From assembly GCA_964234715.1 (NCBI GenBank), contig OZ174280.1: a DNA stretch of 64,000 nucleotides, one strand, 5' to 3'. Position 1 is the stretch's first letter; each line of letters starts with the position of its first letter. This stretch comes from Podarcis melisellensis. Its lineage: Eukaryota. Of this stretch, positions 1 to 15,200 are shown one piece after another. The notes beneath the pieces are model-generated. The model saw only the letters and a program-made list of their open reading frames with translations, made no database searches and was not told the origin of the DNA. The translations under genes and the position numbers were made by a program.

Positions 1-1144
1 AGGTGTGTGGTGCCACTGTTTCATTGGCTGATGTCACTTGCGATCTTGGAACTCTTAAAACAAGTTTCTTGGTCTGAATCTGGCAACCTTAGCTGGATAT
101 GTATATATGACAAAAGTCAGAATGTGACTAAATTAACTTTTTGTGGTTTGGTATTATAGTTTACTATTTATCTGCCCTAGCCAGATGGGAGAATGAGCCC
201 CTAGTTTTTACCATGTACCCTTGGTCATTTCTTGTTGGTAGGAATTGTTCTAGCTAATTGTACTCTCTCCCACAGTTGCCAAATGAGGAATGTCAAGTAA
301 ATGATTGTTTAGTGGATAAGTTATTCTCTAGTTCACTGCTATGGATTTTAGAGAGCATTGGGGCAAATTTGTTTCAAAATTGAAAAGGATGCTAACATGA
401 ACACTACTAATGGCACTATTCTACTCCTAAATGTGAAACTGTCTTTGAGCAAATGTTGATTCATAATAGTCACTTGCAGCAAACGTCAGTTGTATTAATA
501 CATTCCTGCAATAAACTCCTATAGAGTTTCTAAAATAAGAGGATTATATTGTGGAAAAAAATGTTTTAAATGACAAGTGCCTTTTAACTTTCATCAAATT
601 CATGTTATTATCATGATGATAATATAGTATTCATGGTAGTTGAGAGGTAATGTGGTTCCCACTTCTATATATTTCAAGAGGGTGTGCAGAAAGGCAGAAG
701 AAAGCAGGAGAAATGAACCGAAAGAGGCTAGCTCTGTGCTAGCATTATTTGAAGATCATGGCTATGCTACTACTGGAGAAGCTGGTGACAATGCTTCACT
801 CACAGCGCAGGTCTGCAGCTGTCCTGAGGGATGTGTGAGCCTCTCTGCTGCCAACAAAACTGGCAGCTTGGCTGTCTCTAAGATGAATGACTCCCCTTGG
901 TGCAAAAGGTCACCCAGTAATATACCTCCTGTTGCAACAAAGTTCACTCTGGCTAGAACAACAGTGATGTGGGATGAAAGAGAGGGCTCCAAAATAAGGC
1001 AGCATTCTTCTGAACTATTAGCAGTGTTCACCTTCAAGCAGCCTGATCCCATTGCTTGGCTTTAACCACAGCAGTGTGAGCCCTGATGTGCAACATTCAG
1101 CAGAGGTGGGGGACCCATGGAGTTCCAGATGTCAGAGTCTAAAA

Positions 1145-1270
1145 CAGGCATCGGTCCTCCAGATGTTTTTGGCCTACAACTCCCATGATCCCTAGCTAAC
1201 AGGACCAGGGTCAGGGATGATGGGAATTGTAGTCCCAAAACATCTGGAGGGCTGCATTTGCCTTTGCCTG
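1145..1270. mobile_element. Palindromic hAT-type MITE
   Basis: Same family; TSD gtctaaaa/gtctaaca. Confidence 0.8.
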
Positions 1271-3079
1271 GTCTAACAACATCTGGAGGACCATAGTTTC
1301 CTCACCCCTGTGTTAAGTCTGAATCCAGCCTTCACTTTAAAATGTTTTAAAACACCCCACCAGATGTTTAAGACTACAGTGTGGCCCAAACCATCTGGAG
1401 GGCACCAAGATGGCAAAGGCTGACCTTATCCTATGCCTGGCAAGTAGCATGGAGTTCATTTATTTTGTCCATCTGCCAGAAACTTCTATCCCTTTCCCTA
1501 CTACTGGCTTTTTTTCTCTTACATTTATATCCCAACCTTTACCCCACCTCCTCATTTCATCCTCACAAATAATCTTGTGAGGTAGTTCAGGCTGGCAGAC
1601 AGTGACTGGCCCAAGGCCACCCAGTGAGCTTTATGGCTGGGTGAGGATTTGAACCCTGGTCTTCTGGATCCTAGTGGAATCTAACCACAACACCATACTG
1701 GTTCTGTTTTCACAGTTATATATTTGTGCTGGCCTTCATGACATATGCCGGTCAAAAATATTCACAGAAGGTGAGAAAGGTCGATACCCCATTCAAATGC
1801 CCTGACAAAGAAGGATGTAATTCTCCTTTTCTGGCACAACTGTACCTTTTCAAGGGCAGGAGATAGAAGAGATACAATGGCTGTTGCATGGTTTGTGTCT
1901 GCTCCCAGTGCTGCCAAAAACACAATTTGTTCTGCCTCTTCTCTTGTATTTTTATCTTGTGATTTGCCCTGAGATCTTGGGATGAATGGCAGTATATGAT
2001 AATAAATAATAATAATAATACCAGATAGAGTGGGGCCATAGTGCTCTATCCTATGGCTGGCTCTCCTGCCTCAGTATAGCAGTTCACAGAATCACATCGT
2101 ACTTTGTGAACTTGAACACAATACAGTGATGCCTTCCAGCAGTCATAACCTTTTCAACACCACTGCAGTGTTGTCAACCCATTTCATTTGGGAGTGATCA
2201 CATTCCAAATCCTGAAATCTCCTGTTGCCCAGGATCTATTTCTGGCAGCCCACACCCATGGCTTTTGTGATTCACCCTTGTCTTTTGAAAAGTACTGATC
2301 AAAGATTGTACCCATTCTCATCTTTACTCCAATCTGTCTAGGGATGGGTGGACTCACAGAAGCCCAGTCCATCCCAGTTCTCAGAAGTGACAAGACTAAG
2401 TATATTCTGTTCCATTTCCAGGTATATTTTTAAATTCCACCAGCAAGTACACATCAGGAATATGTGTTTAGAAGCATCTTATGAAGTAGTCTGAGCATTG
2501 CATTCTCTTCCCTCATTTTCTGAAAGTGTGTTGCTAGCCTTCCATAGCCTGAGCAGCTAGCATATGGGTCTTTTTGCTGTCACGTGCCTTGAGTGAAAAC
2601 AGAGCAAGTCTCCCTTGCAGTGACAATGCTTAATGACGTTCCATTGCTCCTGGGGGGAATTGTACAGGAAAAAACCCCACAACTGCCTCCAACGCTTAAA
2701 GGGGGAAAGGGGACTGGGCCACTAATAGAATCTGCCAACTTGCTGATTCTGAAGTGGATCATTCTTCTAATCTGGGTCAAAATCTGGCCAGATTGATCAG
2801 GTGAGTTCACACTGGAATCTTAGTAGGGCAGATTCCTTCTCCATTCTTAAATTTATCCCATGGCCTTCGAGCAGCTATTCATCCCTACCTTCACGTAGTT
2901 GGGAACCAAGCAAGGCATTCCAGTTGTGTAGCACATGTTGAATCTGCCATTCTTGTTCATTAGAAATACTGGCAATTTGCCTTTCCAATTTTTAGATAAA
3001 CTATTGGTTGCATGGAATTGACTGTGTAGCACTGCACAAAGTCTGGGCATCCATGGCATGTGTTCTTCTTCCTTGTTAG

Positions 3080-3244
3080 GCCACCTGGGCATTGCTGGTC
3101 CTCGGCTGGATCTTTGTGCCAGTTTACATCTCTTCAGGAGTGGTCACCATGCCTGAATACCTGAGGAAAAGATTTGGAGGGCAGAGGATTCAAATCTACC
3201 TGTCTGTACTGTCCCTCATCCTGTATATATTCACCAAGATATCA
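3080..3244 (+). CDS. SLC5A9: SLC5A9 exon 4 (ATWALL...FTKIS)
   Basis: ttgttag|GCC...TCA|gtatgt, 165 nt. Confidence 0.93.
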
Positions 3245-6200
3245 GTATGTATCTCGGGGAAATAGAGTTGTAGCTTGTAGAGCACAGCACTTTCACAGGG
3301 AGGTAATGGGTCATTAATGTAGACAAGTCATTCCACTATCCTCACTGAACTAGCCCTAAATACTGGATCAGTCCCTTCACTATACATTATATACAAGCTT
3401 TCAGGGCTACCACTCCATGTTGGAGGAGACCTGTTGTAGGGATATCGCGGAGGGGACAGTGAGGTCCGGAGCGAGCACACTCTCCACCAGCAGGCAGCCA
3501 CAGTCTGCCTGCATGCGTGACCCTGGGGTGCAGGAAACCCCCCCCCTGACAAGCCACAGCTGTCTGTACATCGTTCCACCTCGGTCTGACCTTTTGCTGT
3601 CTCAGCAGTCAGCGGTGTCCTGTCTGTAACCTTTGTCCCTGAGACCTTTTGTCTCCTTCGTCATACACTGTGCAAGGGGAAAATGACGCTGTGGAAACAG
3701 GTGCCAAAATAGCTTTGTACCACCCCACGATCTCGGGACAGAAGATGTGTAAAGGTCACAGCCCAAAAATGTATTTGCCTAGCTTGCATATTTGTCTCAA
3801 TCAAAGGAGGCTCCACAGGAATGGCAGCAGCTCGCTTCAGCCCACCTGTGCGCAGCTCACATGATGATCAACACCTGTCTTGGGCCTTCACTTCAACCTG
3901 TGGTGGTCTCCCTCTTCCATCAATGGGCCCTGGTGGGCTTATGTGATAGTAAGCAATGGTTGGATCTACCTGCCATTGTAATGTTCTCCCCAAAACCTTC
4001 ATTACTCCAGGGTCTTATGAGAAATTTAAATGCAATGAGACCTAGCTGCCTGATGCAGCTTGGACAACCAGCCCAGGATTTTGTTTAATAGGTGGGGCAG
4101 AGCAAGTGTCAGCCATAGGCCCTGTTGGGGTGATGGAGTTTTGACAGGTGTCCAAAGATACCAGGTATGGATTCTGCTAGCTTTTGTCAACACATGCATT
4201 AGTTGAGATTGTGGCATTTCTGATGCCTGGTTTGATTATTTTCAAGAGTAATTTTATTGTGATTTTCCAGGTAGAACATTTATTAGAGATGTCATAATCC
4301 AATGCTACTGGAATCAAGGTCCTTTTTCTTGTATTTGTTCCAGACAGATATTTTCTCTGGTGCACTTTTCATCCAAGTCTCCCTTGGTTGGAACCTTTAC
4401 CTTTCTACAGTGATCTTGTTGGTCGTGACAGCCGTCTACACCATAGCTGGTAACTATGCTGTATAATAATGCCACCACGAAAAGCACAGAGTTCCTTTAT
4501 ATAGCCATATAGTGTGGACAGCTTCAGGTCATGGTTCATGGATACCAGTGAGGGGACATCCAGTAGGTGGAGATTTCAACTGATATCAACCAAGCTACCT
4601 ACAATGGACTTAAAAGTATAGCACCAGTAGTCAAGTTGGTGGGTGGGGAATGTTGTAAACTTCATATATCTCCAATATGCTGCATTCAGATTTGTGCTTT
4701 CAAAGCAACTTCGCTGGGTTTGAGGATCAAGCTACTTGAGGTGCTCAACTGTGTGACTGTCTTCCCTGAAGTGTGCGCTTAAGTTAAAGCAGCTGTGAGG
4801 AGCTAGTATTTGCAGCAGGAATTTATGAGGAGGGCAGGAGGTGTTTCTCTCCTGCCCTGCAAACCATTCTTTTCTTCTTCTTTTTTTAAAAAACACCATT
4901 TTCAAGCCCAGGTTGTCCAGGACACGTCTTTTTCCAGGACACGTCTTCTTTTTCATGGGTAGAGTTGTCACAGTGATCCATAGTTAAAAGTGGAAGTCGG
5001 CAAATGTGTCCTCTTTTTCGCTCTTCAAAATATGGCCGCCCAAGGCCAGGCAGGCATATTCTCTCCCCAAGAGGCAAAACGTCAGCTTAGAGTAGGCAAT
5101 TTGGAAAAGAAAAATAGCCTAAGGGGAAAGACTGAGAAATGGCCCCTTTCCCTTTCTGATCCTGACTGCAGTTTCCTGCAACTGATTTGTCACAAGTTTG
5201 GTCCAAAATGTGCGAAGTTTGAAGAAACAGTGATTTCATTTATTCCATTCCTGAATTGCAGGGGTTTGGTTGATGCCTTTGGGTTCCCTTCCAACTCCAC
5301 AATTCTATGATTCCATGATTCATTTTATGTATTCAAAACCTTAGTTTTTGTAGAATCACAGAACTGTAAAGTTGAAAGAGACCCTGATCTGATCCAACCC
5401 CCTGCGGTGAAGGAATATGCAGCTGCCCCATAAGCGTTATCAGCACCACGGTCTAACCAACTGAGCTATCCAGGCTCTTGCTCATGTGTTAAAATCCCAT
5501 TCTTTTCATCGATTCATTTATTAGAATCACATTCCATTTTGTAACAGAGTAAGGGAAATCACCAAAATGTAGAAATATTGGTCTTTGAATCAGTTCTTTC
5601 TAATCTTTTTCACAGGTGGTTTAACTGCAGTGATATACACAGATGCTTTGCAGACTGTCATCATGGTGCTTGGAGCGTTGGTTCTTATGTTTATCGGTGA
5701 GATGAAGATGGGATTGTGTGGCTTTATTTCTTTGGCTAATAGAATGACACATCTTGGGGGGGAAACGCCAAAGCCATCTGGGTTGATGTCATCTAACTTC
5801 TACATCAAACTTTTTTTTATGAGAAAAGAAAACTGGACTTAAGTTTAGTTATCTGTTTATTATGTTTCATCTAATATCTGCAAAAGCTCTGCACAATTAA
5901 TATGGCTTGTTTAACCAGTGTCTGGTTTGTTTGAGCATCTGAACCAAGCCTAACAGATTTAACTATTTTGTATTCTGGCAACCAACTACATTGCAAAGAT
6001 ATGGTTTGTTGTTGGCTTGCAAAATGTGGCTTGTTTTGACTATGGTTTGTTGTTGTGCCTGAACCCAACAACCTTTGGTTTGTCTGGCCACTTAAAGTGC
6101 CTTCCATGGGGGAGGGGGTAATTATTGGTAATCCATGGAGTCAAAAGCTTAAAGCCCTTCCTTCCAAATGCCATGGTCCCAATCCAGCTTGCCCCTCCCC

Positions 6201-9200
6201 GCAATACTATCCCCCAACACAAAGGAAACCATCAACAATTCACATTACAAACTTCACATCTGATTTGACCCTGCAAAATGTGGCTGGAGGGGACGATGCA
6301 TGGCTGGGGAAAAATATGGATGGATGACATGAGCTTGCTGACTGGACTGTTGCCTCTTTCATTTTAGGCTTTGATAAAGTTGGGTGGTACGAAGGACTGC
6401 AAGAGAAGTATAGTAGAGCCATCCCCAGTGTCATTGTGCCAAACACTACTTGTCACTTGCCACGGGAAGATGCCTTCCATATGATGAGGGACCCTATCAA
6501 TGGAGATATTCCATGGCCTGGACTTATATTTGGCCTCTCAGTGCTTGCTCTTTGGTGCTGGTGCACAGATCAGGTAAAGTAAATAGGTCTTTCTTGCTGC
6601 ATGTTTGATAGATTTATCACTGCCCTCTACAGGAGAGTTTTAGGACAAATTTATTGTGCTGGGATCAAAAACCCATTGAATTATTTCAGTCAAAATCAGC
6701 ATATGAGATCTCTGTTTCCTTGTACTTACAGCACGTAGGAATCATTTGCATTACTCAGATTCTGAGCATGCACTTAAAAAATCAGAGACAGAGTTAAAGC
6801 CTACTGTTACGAGAAAAAAACAATGGGTGCCTTCAGTGCTAGTTGCACGTGTATTTATGCAGATATTGTTTCTTAATTTGAGAAAGGTTATCTCTTGAAG
6901 ATTCTTTATAAACCCTCTAGCCTAGCCTTCAGTTTTTAGTGACTGCCATTTCTTAACTATTTGGCCAAAAGATTGCTTTGACTATCTTGGTTCTCTTCTG
7001 TTTCCAAGAAAATGTGAAACAACCTGTGCAAAGTTTCCTTAAAGCTAACTGCTTCTCCTTTCAGGTAATTGTGCAAAGGTCACTCTCTGCAAAGAGTCTC
7101 TCTCATGCTAAAGGCGGGTCTGTGCTAGGCGGATATTTGAAAATCTTCCCAATGTTTTTCATTGTCATGCCGGGCATGATTAGCAGAGCTCTCTATCCAG
7201 GTAAGCTTCTGCTGGCTGTACTAAGGCTACACTTGCCCACAGGTGGCCATTTACAAGGAGGGTGGACAGCTGTAAACATGCAACCACCTATAGTAGGAAC
7301 TCATCCAGCTATATGGGGAGACAAACTTTCCCAACTGGTCATTGGATAGGCAATAATATTGTGTTTGCAAGCAATTTGCAGTAAATTTATAAACAGCGTT
7401 CACAAGGTAAGCACAGTCATCTGCTGTCACCCTATATATGTATGAGTGGCACTGTCAGAAGTAATAACATTTGGGACAGGAAACACATGGCATGGATCTC
7501 AAACACAACCTGAAAAGCATATGTCTGCTGCACACTTAATCACCATAAATGTAAACAGCAACTGCTTCCTCTATATCTCCTATAACTAAAACCTGCATTT
7601 CTTTATTTACTTGCTTGCTCCAGATGAAGTGGGATGTGTAGACCCAGAAATTTGTGAAAAGGTCTGTGGAGCGAAAGTGGGTTGTTCAAATATTGCCTAC
7701 CCTAAGCTAGTAATGGAGCTCATGCCTGTAGGTAAGGTAATTCTATTCTCGTCGAGAGTGAGGTGGACCACATGGGCAAGGGTTGGCCTGCTGGTGAAGT
7801 GGGCTAGTGCCTGGGTGGGCTGGTGAGAGTTCGCTGGTGAAAGTTAACTAGGCTTTCCTTATTGACTTCTTAGGACTCCGTGGCTTGATGATTGCCGTGA
7901 TCATGGCTGCCTTGATGAGCTCTCTCACCTCTATCTTCAATAGTAGCAGCACCCTTTTCGCCATAGATATCTGGCAGCGACTCCGCAAGACGGCCACTGA
8001 ACAGGAACTCATGATCGTCGGAAGGTCCTTTTTCTTCCCCACACCTTCATTTGCTTATCAAAAATGCTCCCTGAGCAGACACTGCCCACAAACTGCCTAG
8101 TGCCCTCAGTTGCCCCTTATCTGCAGGTGCACCTAGTGCAGTTTCCAAAGAGGTTTCATGCCCACGATTATCAAACTTCCTTGTGTGCCCTCCTGTTAAG
8201 GTTCAGTTGGAGCCCAAGCAATGCGTGAGCTGGGGCAAGAACTTGTGAGATGCCGCAAAAGTCATAGGAAACGTTCCATGGTGTATATTCCATTTCCAGG
8301 GCTGCATATTCTGCTTCAGTTAAGAACTGAAAGCAACTCAAACTGAGCCACGAAAGTGTCTGATCCAAATCACTGAACCTGATCCCAAAGCAGATTTGGT
8401 TGGACCAAACGCTCATGTCATTGCCCTCCACAGCTGGTGTCCTCTTGTCTCCATACCCAACTCCGCAGCTTGTGCTGTTGGCTGTGTGCTCTCCCCATTT
8501 CTGGGATTGCTCTGCAGCTGCTCAAGTGACTTCTGCCTGTAAAAAATCATGGCTGCCAGAGATGGGAGCTGTCCATGATCATTGCAGCAGCAGCATGTTT
8601 GCAGCTTTCCCTTAACGTCCTTTTGGTCAATGAAATGTACTCTCTGTTTGAAGTCTTCACAAAGCAGCACTTGCTGAGTTTTCCCCAAACCCCGTTGTGC
8701 CGTGAGGGGGGAAATCCCCCTCCCCCTTTCCATGGCTCCATAGAGAACATCAAAAGTTAGATTTGTCAAGTTGTGCAGAAGTAACATGCTTTGTCCTGCT
8801 CTTGCAGGGTGTTTGTCCTCATTCTCGTTGCCATTAGCATCCTCTGGATCCCCATCATCCAGCTAGCCAACAGCGGTCAGCTCTTTGACTACATTCAGTC
8901 AATAACCAGTTACCTAGCGCCACCCATCACTGCCCTCTTCATCCTAGCAATCTTCTGCAAGAGGATCAATGAGCCAGTAAGTACAGAATCAATGAGGAGG
9001 TGCGTATGAATAATAGCATCTCCCAAATGTCATCGTTTCATAGTTTTTCAGGGCAGACAAGACCATTCATTACGATTATATTGACTGACTTTCCCTTGAA
9101 TGCAACAACTGTGGAATTTAGGCCCATTAGAGGACAGCATCTCTTTAAAAAAAGATTCTCAGGGCTTTGATTACTGGTTTAACTGAAAGAAGTGATAAGG

Positions 9201-12200
9201 CACAGGAAGTGAGAGGGGGAGCAGGGAGAAAAGAAGGGACTTCATAAAGATTCACCAAAACTTATTCTTCTCCCCCCCCCCCCACTGCTTAGAAAGTAAT
9301 TCTTATTCAGAAACTGAATTTCCCTAGCTTTAATCTTCCAGTCATCAAATCTCCTTTGGTTTGAGACTTCAAGAGAGCTGAGCCGTATATAATTATGTGG
9401 GAGATCTAGCCACATTGTGAAATCACTTGCTTCTTTTTGACAAACTTGCTAAATAGACCCATTTCTGCAGAACTGTATGTCCTGGTATAACACCAGCACC
9501 TCAGATTGAGGGGAGCGTCATTTTTCTCTAAACCCACACAAGTGAACATTCAGTAACCACCTTTTGGGGCTCAGGACTCAAACCCCAGGTGCCCCAGTAT
9601 GCAAGGAATACCAGTTAGGACTTGACTTCCTGGGGACCTTGGGGACTGTGCCTGTCCCAAACCCATAGCATTTAAGAGGATAATTTGAATAGGTATACTC
9701 CCTTCAAAGGGAATGGGGCAACCCAAACACTGACCAACTCACTTCAGGTCTTTGCCCCTTCAAACCCAGTTAAGGGTATTGGGGTGGGGGTGGAAGGAAA
9801 GGGCTTTGTTTTTGTTTAAAGGGAATTTCAAGGAATAAAAAGAAGTGGCATGAATTTCAAGGAATAAAAAGAAGCGACAGAGATCCGTTATTCTAGGCTA
9901 CTTGTAGATGTGCAATATAATTTCCTGGCCTTTTAACCCATAGGAACCCATAGTTCTTTCATCAGTTTCACCAGCTTTGTTCTAGATTCCCACCCCCCTC
10001 CCAGGTGAAAGCTATACATTTCGTGCAAACTTGGGTTTTTCTATCCATTCAGCGCCCCTTGCTTGCTTTCCCTCCCCTCCCCTTCCCATGGGCACTCTTT
10101 CTCTAGCTAAGTAGAGTTCCACTGCTCTTTACATCGTTGTAACTCCAACCACTCCATAAATGAACCCGCACAAACCTACGCAGCTACATAAATGTCATTT
10201 ACATAGGTCTGTTGTTTACCCAGTGTGGTTTGGGCAATGGCTGCATTAACTCTGTTCGTATTCCAGCTAATTGTATAGCTTGACTGATGAAATTTACAGG
10301 AACTTGGAGGGGACCATTCCCCCTTAATGCTGAAGAGCTAGTTTGGGACCTATCAATGTTCCTAGGGAGACTGATGTTCAAAGCCAGAGGGGTCCTGGAG
10401 AAACTCCACCTGATAATATGGATGCTTTTTAATCTGGGTTCCAACCAGGCATGCTGTTTTATCATTTCTGTGCTTCCTTTAACACATCCTTGCAATTTCA
10501 GTCCTATGTCCTGGACACTAACATGATATCTGATCCTGAGTTCATGCCCCAATGCTGTCAGCCTAATCCTAACTTCTCTTCCTGATCTGAAAGCCATCCT
10601 CTCCAACGCTGTAGCAGTGCAACACTATAATCAGTTCACTCATTAGTCTTTGCTGTCTTTTCAATGTAATTAGTCCCACGGGAGCCTCTCTAGAAGTTTC
10701 CACTGTGCTTCTGCAGTAATTAAAGGCTTGTAACGATGTGGGTTCCTATCTTGAAAATCTCTGCCAGGATGGAATTAGGGACCCCAGTTTTGTGTTAAGG
10801 ACTCATGTGGTTGGTCCCACTCTTTGTATGCCTTTAAACATTAAACTAGTGCTGTAGGATAAACTGTCCAAAAAGCTGTTCTGAAAGCATTACTTTAAAA
10901 AGGTAAATACATTGGCTCAGAGGCAGAGTGTTACAGTGGCCAAAAGCTTATTGGTCTAGGGATGTGGGATTTTTTGTTACCAGAACCAAGATAACTAAGT
11001 TAAGATTTGAAATAAGGCCTTCTAAATCTAGTTATGGCGATCTTATATATTAGGTGACAATGACTCTCATAAATAAATACCTGTTAAAATGTAGTAAAGG
11101 TAAAGGTACCCCTGCCCGTACGGGCCAGTCTTGCCAGACTCTGGGGTTGTGCGCCCATCTCACTCAAGAGGCCAGGGGCCAGCGCTGTCCGAAGACACTT
11201 CCGGGTCACGTGGCCAGCGTGACATCGCTGCTCTGGCGAGCCAGAGCTGCACACGGAAACGCCGTTTACCTTCCCGCTAGAAAGCGGTCCCTATTTATCT
11301 ACTTGCACCCGGAGGTGCTTTCGAACTGCTAGGTTGGCAGGCGCTGGGACCGAGCAGCGGGAGCGCACCCCGCCGCGGGGATTCGAACCACCGACCTTTC
11401 GATCGGCAAGCCCTAGGCGCTGAGGCTTTAACCCACAGTGCCACCCGCATCCCAATAAAATGTAGTACATGTGTTTAAATTATAACTAAATATGTTTTTA
11501 GCCCTTCTCTCAATAAAGAACGAAATTGGATCATGTTAATTTCCAAACTGGGATGTTTTAACAAAATCAATAAGCAAGGATTGGGTTTAACTAACTTATT
11601 CCACCAGTGGAAGCCAGCCCAAGGAATTCCACTAGCATAACAGGGGTTTCCCCAACTCACCCCCCCCCCGCACACTCTAACCTCCACTCTGAAGGGACAG
11701 GAGAACCCGCAGAACACCATATGTTGGTAGCGGAGACACTTCCCTTGGGCAAGCACTGATGGAGCAATCTCCCAAGCACTGCTTTGAATCCCACCCCATG
11801 TTTCCAACTCCTCCACTCAAATTTCATCACATCTCCCTATGTTTTCTTCCCAGGGAGCTTTCTGGGGACTGATGTTTGGGTTAGCAGTCGGACTCGTTCG
11901 GATGGTTATGGAGTTTATCTACATGGCACCCTCCTGTGGCGAGGAGGACCAGAGGCCAGCTCTGTTGAAAGATGTGCACTATCTGTACTTTGCTATCCTC
12001 CTGTGTGTGCTAACGGCAGCTGTCATCGTCACTGTTAGCCTCTGCACACCACCAGTCCCAGAGGAAAATGTAAGTGGCTTTCAAGGATGAATATTATTTT
12101 TAAAACAAAACACCCAAACACTTGCTTAGTTTTCCTTGTTGTACCTTGGACCCCTCAGTACTACTGTAAACTGGAAAGCCCTACAAAGAAGTCCTCTTTC

Positions 12201-15200
12201 TGCATGGTCTTGCTTCCCAGGTATTATAGGGTTAAAAATCATTTAGACTCAGTGAGCACTGGAAATGGAGAGCAGGCTTCCATGCTGTGAGGACACTACT
12301 GGCACATCCTATCAAGTAGAGAGGCAGACAGTGGGGAAGAAATCATATTAGAATGGGCTGCTGAGGAGGGGATGTAATGGCTCTAATTGAACCCTCTCTC
12401 GTATTTCAGAAGAGACGGCATCAATCTTGTAAGCTAACAAGATTAATATTGTTGGAGCCTTGGCATTTAGAAAGAACATTCCATCCCAAAGTGATCTCAA
12501 TTACATTGAACGACTGAGGTTTGGTAGCAAAGAACTTTATTTCATTTGCTGCATAAAGCTGGTTAAAAAAAAAAAGTTTTCTTTCAGTGAGTTCTTGAAG
12601 AGATGCTTTGAATACTTTCTCACAAGTCTGGTTTTCCCAAAAGCAGCCCAATCCTGGTTTGACTGGGTCAGCTTAGTGAATAATGGAAAGAGTTTTCCTC
12701 AATGAACAAAAGTATGGATCATATTCTCAACTGATGTGAATAGACAATGGGTTCAGAGTGCCTGCAGCCCTCAGGTAGCCTTCCTTCCAGGTGGCAGACA
12801 GCTTCAACTCCACTTCACTTCCCATATCAGAGTGGGGCTCTCAGAATTGTATGGCCTAGGAATGGTGAAGAGATTTGTCCAGGCTGCATTTTTCAATGAG
12901 CTGGACTAATATATAATCTGAAGCATAATTATCCTTCAGATTTTGCACTGGTCTGAATTTTAGAATGCAGGTTTAAAATACATATTTTGTGATAAAACAT
13001 GTACTTAAATATGAATTTTCAGACAGATTAAAAAAACCAAAATGTAAATATGTAATGGAACACATGCAAAACAGACAAGGACTGAAAAGCATGGCCTAGC
13101 ATGGCCACAAAGGAGTGATTAGTGAACCTCGGGCTGAAATGATCTCTTGAATGATCTCTTGAACCTATGCTCTTGAATGGATAAGGACCCTGGCTCCCCA
13201 GTGCAGAGTTGAGTACAATCCTCCTGGAGTTTTATCTGGGAAAGTGTGACTACACATGGCCTCTCAAAACTTTCTCTGATGACCTTCTCCTCTGACAGTA
13301 GCAAATGGACAGAAGAGGAAGGAGAGATTTGTATCTGGTGTTTGAGTAGTACCGTTAATGCACCAAGCTTTAAATGAATTACAGCCTAAAAACAGCAAGC
13401 AGAAGCATTTTTCCCTGCTGTTTTGGACACTCTCCCATCCCTGTGGTGATGGATGCTGTACTGCAAAACAAATATGCAAAGAATTTGTTTGGTATGCCTC
13501 AGAGTTCATATGTCTTCATTGTACATAGCCCATATTGTGTCATGTCGTCCTTGAAAACTCTGCAAAGGAGCTTACAATTAAATTTGAGACTGTGAAGCTG
13601 AAACGCAACTGCCAGATGCCAGATGGCATTTTGGAAGAGAAGGATTTATTCTAGTTCGACAGAGGAAAAGGGGGGAGGAAAAACTTTTTTAAACAATCTT
13701 GACAAAGTTTCTTTTAAGGTTTGTCAGACGAGAACACGAGGAAGTGGGGAGTGGCAGAGGAGGAAGTGAGGTCACAAGAGGATAGTGGTACTGTATTAAT
13801 TCAATTAAAAACTATGTCCCACTTTTATTTATAAAATAAACTCAGAATAGATTGCAAAAATATTAAAATGTCTTAAAAGGCAATAGGAGTCAGAATTCTT
13901 TATCCTCACAGCAGCTCCCCCCCGTCCTGAATACTGAAACTATTCTACTGAGGGATTGTGAACCCTACTGAATTTATTTCTTTAGATGATTTATATGCCC
14001 AGGGTGGTTTACAGCAAAGCACCCAGATCAAAATCCATAAAAACAGAACAATCCTTTAACAGCACATAACAACTAATTAGTGAATAACAAGTAACTCATA
14101 GTAGTAACAGCAGCAGCAATCACATCTCCCCTCCTCCAAATGTGCACTGAAAAAGAGGAGTCATAGCTAGCCTCCTAAAACTATAGATGGAACCAAATGC
14201 ACCTTAGCAGTGTATCAGGAGCCACCACTGAAAAGGTCCTTTTCAAGGTTATCACACCATGTACCTCATTCCACAGAGAGACTACCAGGTGGGTTTCATC
14301 TGCTGATCTTAGAGCATGGACAGGTTGAGCCAAGACATTGGGGGCTTTAAATGGGGTAGGCTGGAGCATGGGGAGCGAGGGAGAAGAAAGATCCCCCCAA
14401 ATCAGGCGGAAACATTTACCATGTTGCTTCCACTCAATTTTGTGAGATTCTCCCTCAACCCTTATGGTTATTTGAATGAATGAATGGTTATCATCAGATA
14501 AGAAGGTCCTGCAGCCACTGTACCTCCCAGCTTGTAGGTTTACCTGCTCAGTGTAGTTTGTAGAACTCTAGTATGTGCTTGAAAAAAAACCAAGAGAAGA
14601 CAAACTAAGCAACTGGTGGAGTAATGGGGTCTCAGGTTGGCATGATGGGCCTTTCATAGACACATGGTCTCTCTCCAGGTGAATGCATTGGAACTCTAGC
14701 ATGTCAGAAATAAGTGTCCTACACAAGCCAAAGTCATGATGAGCCTTGCCCATGAATCTGTTTCCTATCCAATAAGTGCATTTTAGAGTTACAAGCATTA
14801 ATCACGCCTGCACTTAAATTAGTTTAAGTGTTTTTGTCGTTACTGCTAAAACTATTTTATTTCATCCTAATGTATCTCTTCCCCTTCACTCACCAACAAG
14901 CCATTTGTGTTCAGAGGAAGAGGGAAATGTCTCCTGGATCCTTTTGTGTCCTCCAATTTCATTACATTCTAGTTAGATTTAATGAGTAACCAAAAGGGAG
15001 GAAAAGGAAAGGAACGTAAAAAAGAAAGAAAGAAGCCCCTAAAAGGATTCTTCAGGAAAGATGAGGATCATCAAATCAAAGCAATTTAGCACAATGTGAC
15101 AAGAAAGATTAGCCTTGCCTGATGCTCATCTTGGTTGAAAATAATTTAAATAAAGCTATAAATCTTCCGGAGATTATACAACTTTTGTGTCAGCTGGAAA

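Noticed and set aside
640-1065. 141-aa ORF and other short track ORFs
   Set aside because: Non-ATG starts, no recognisable homology, intronic or repeat-derived
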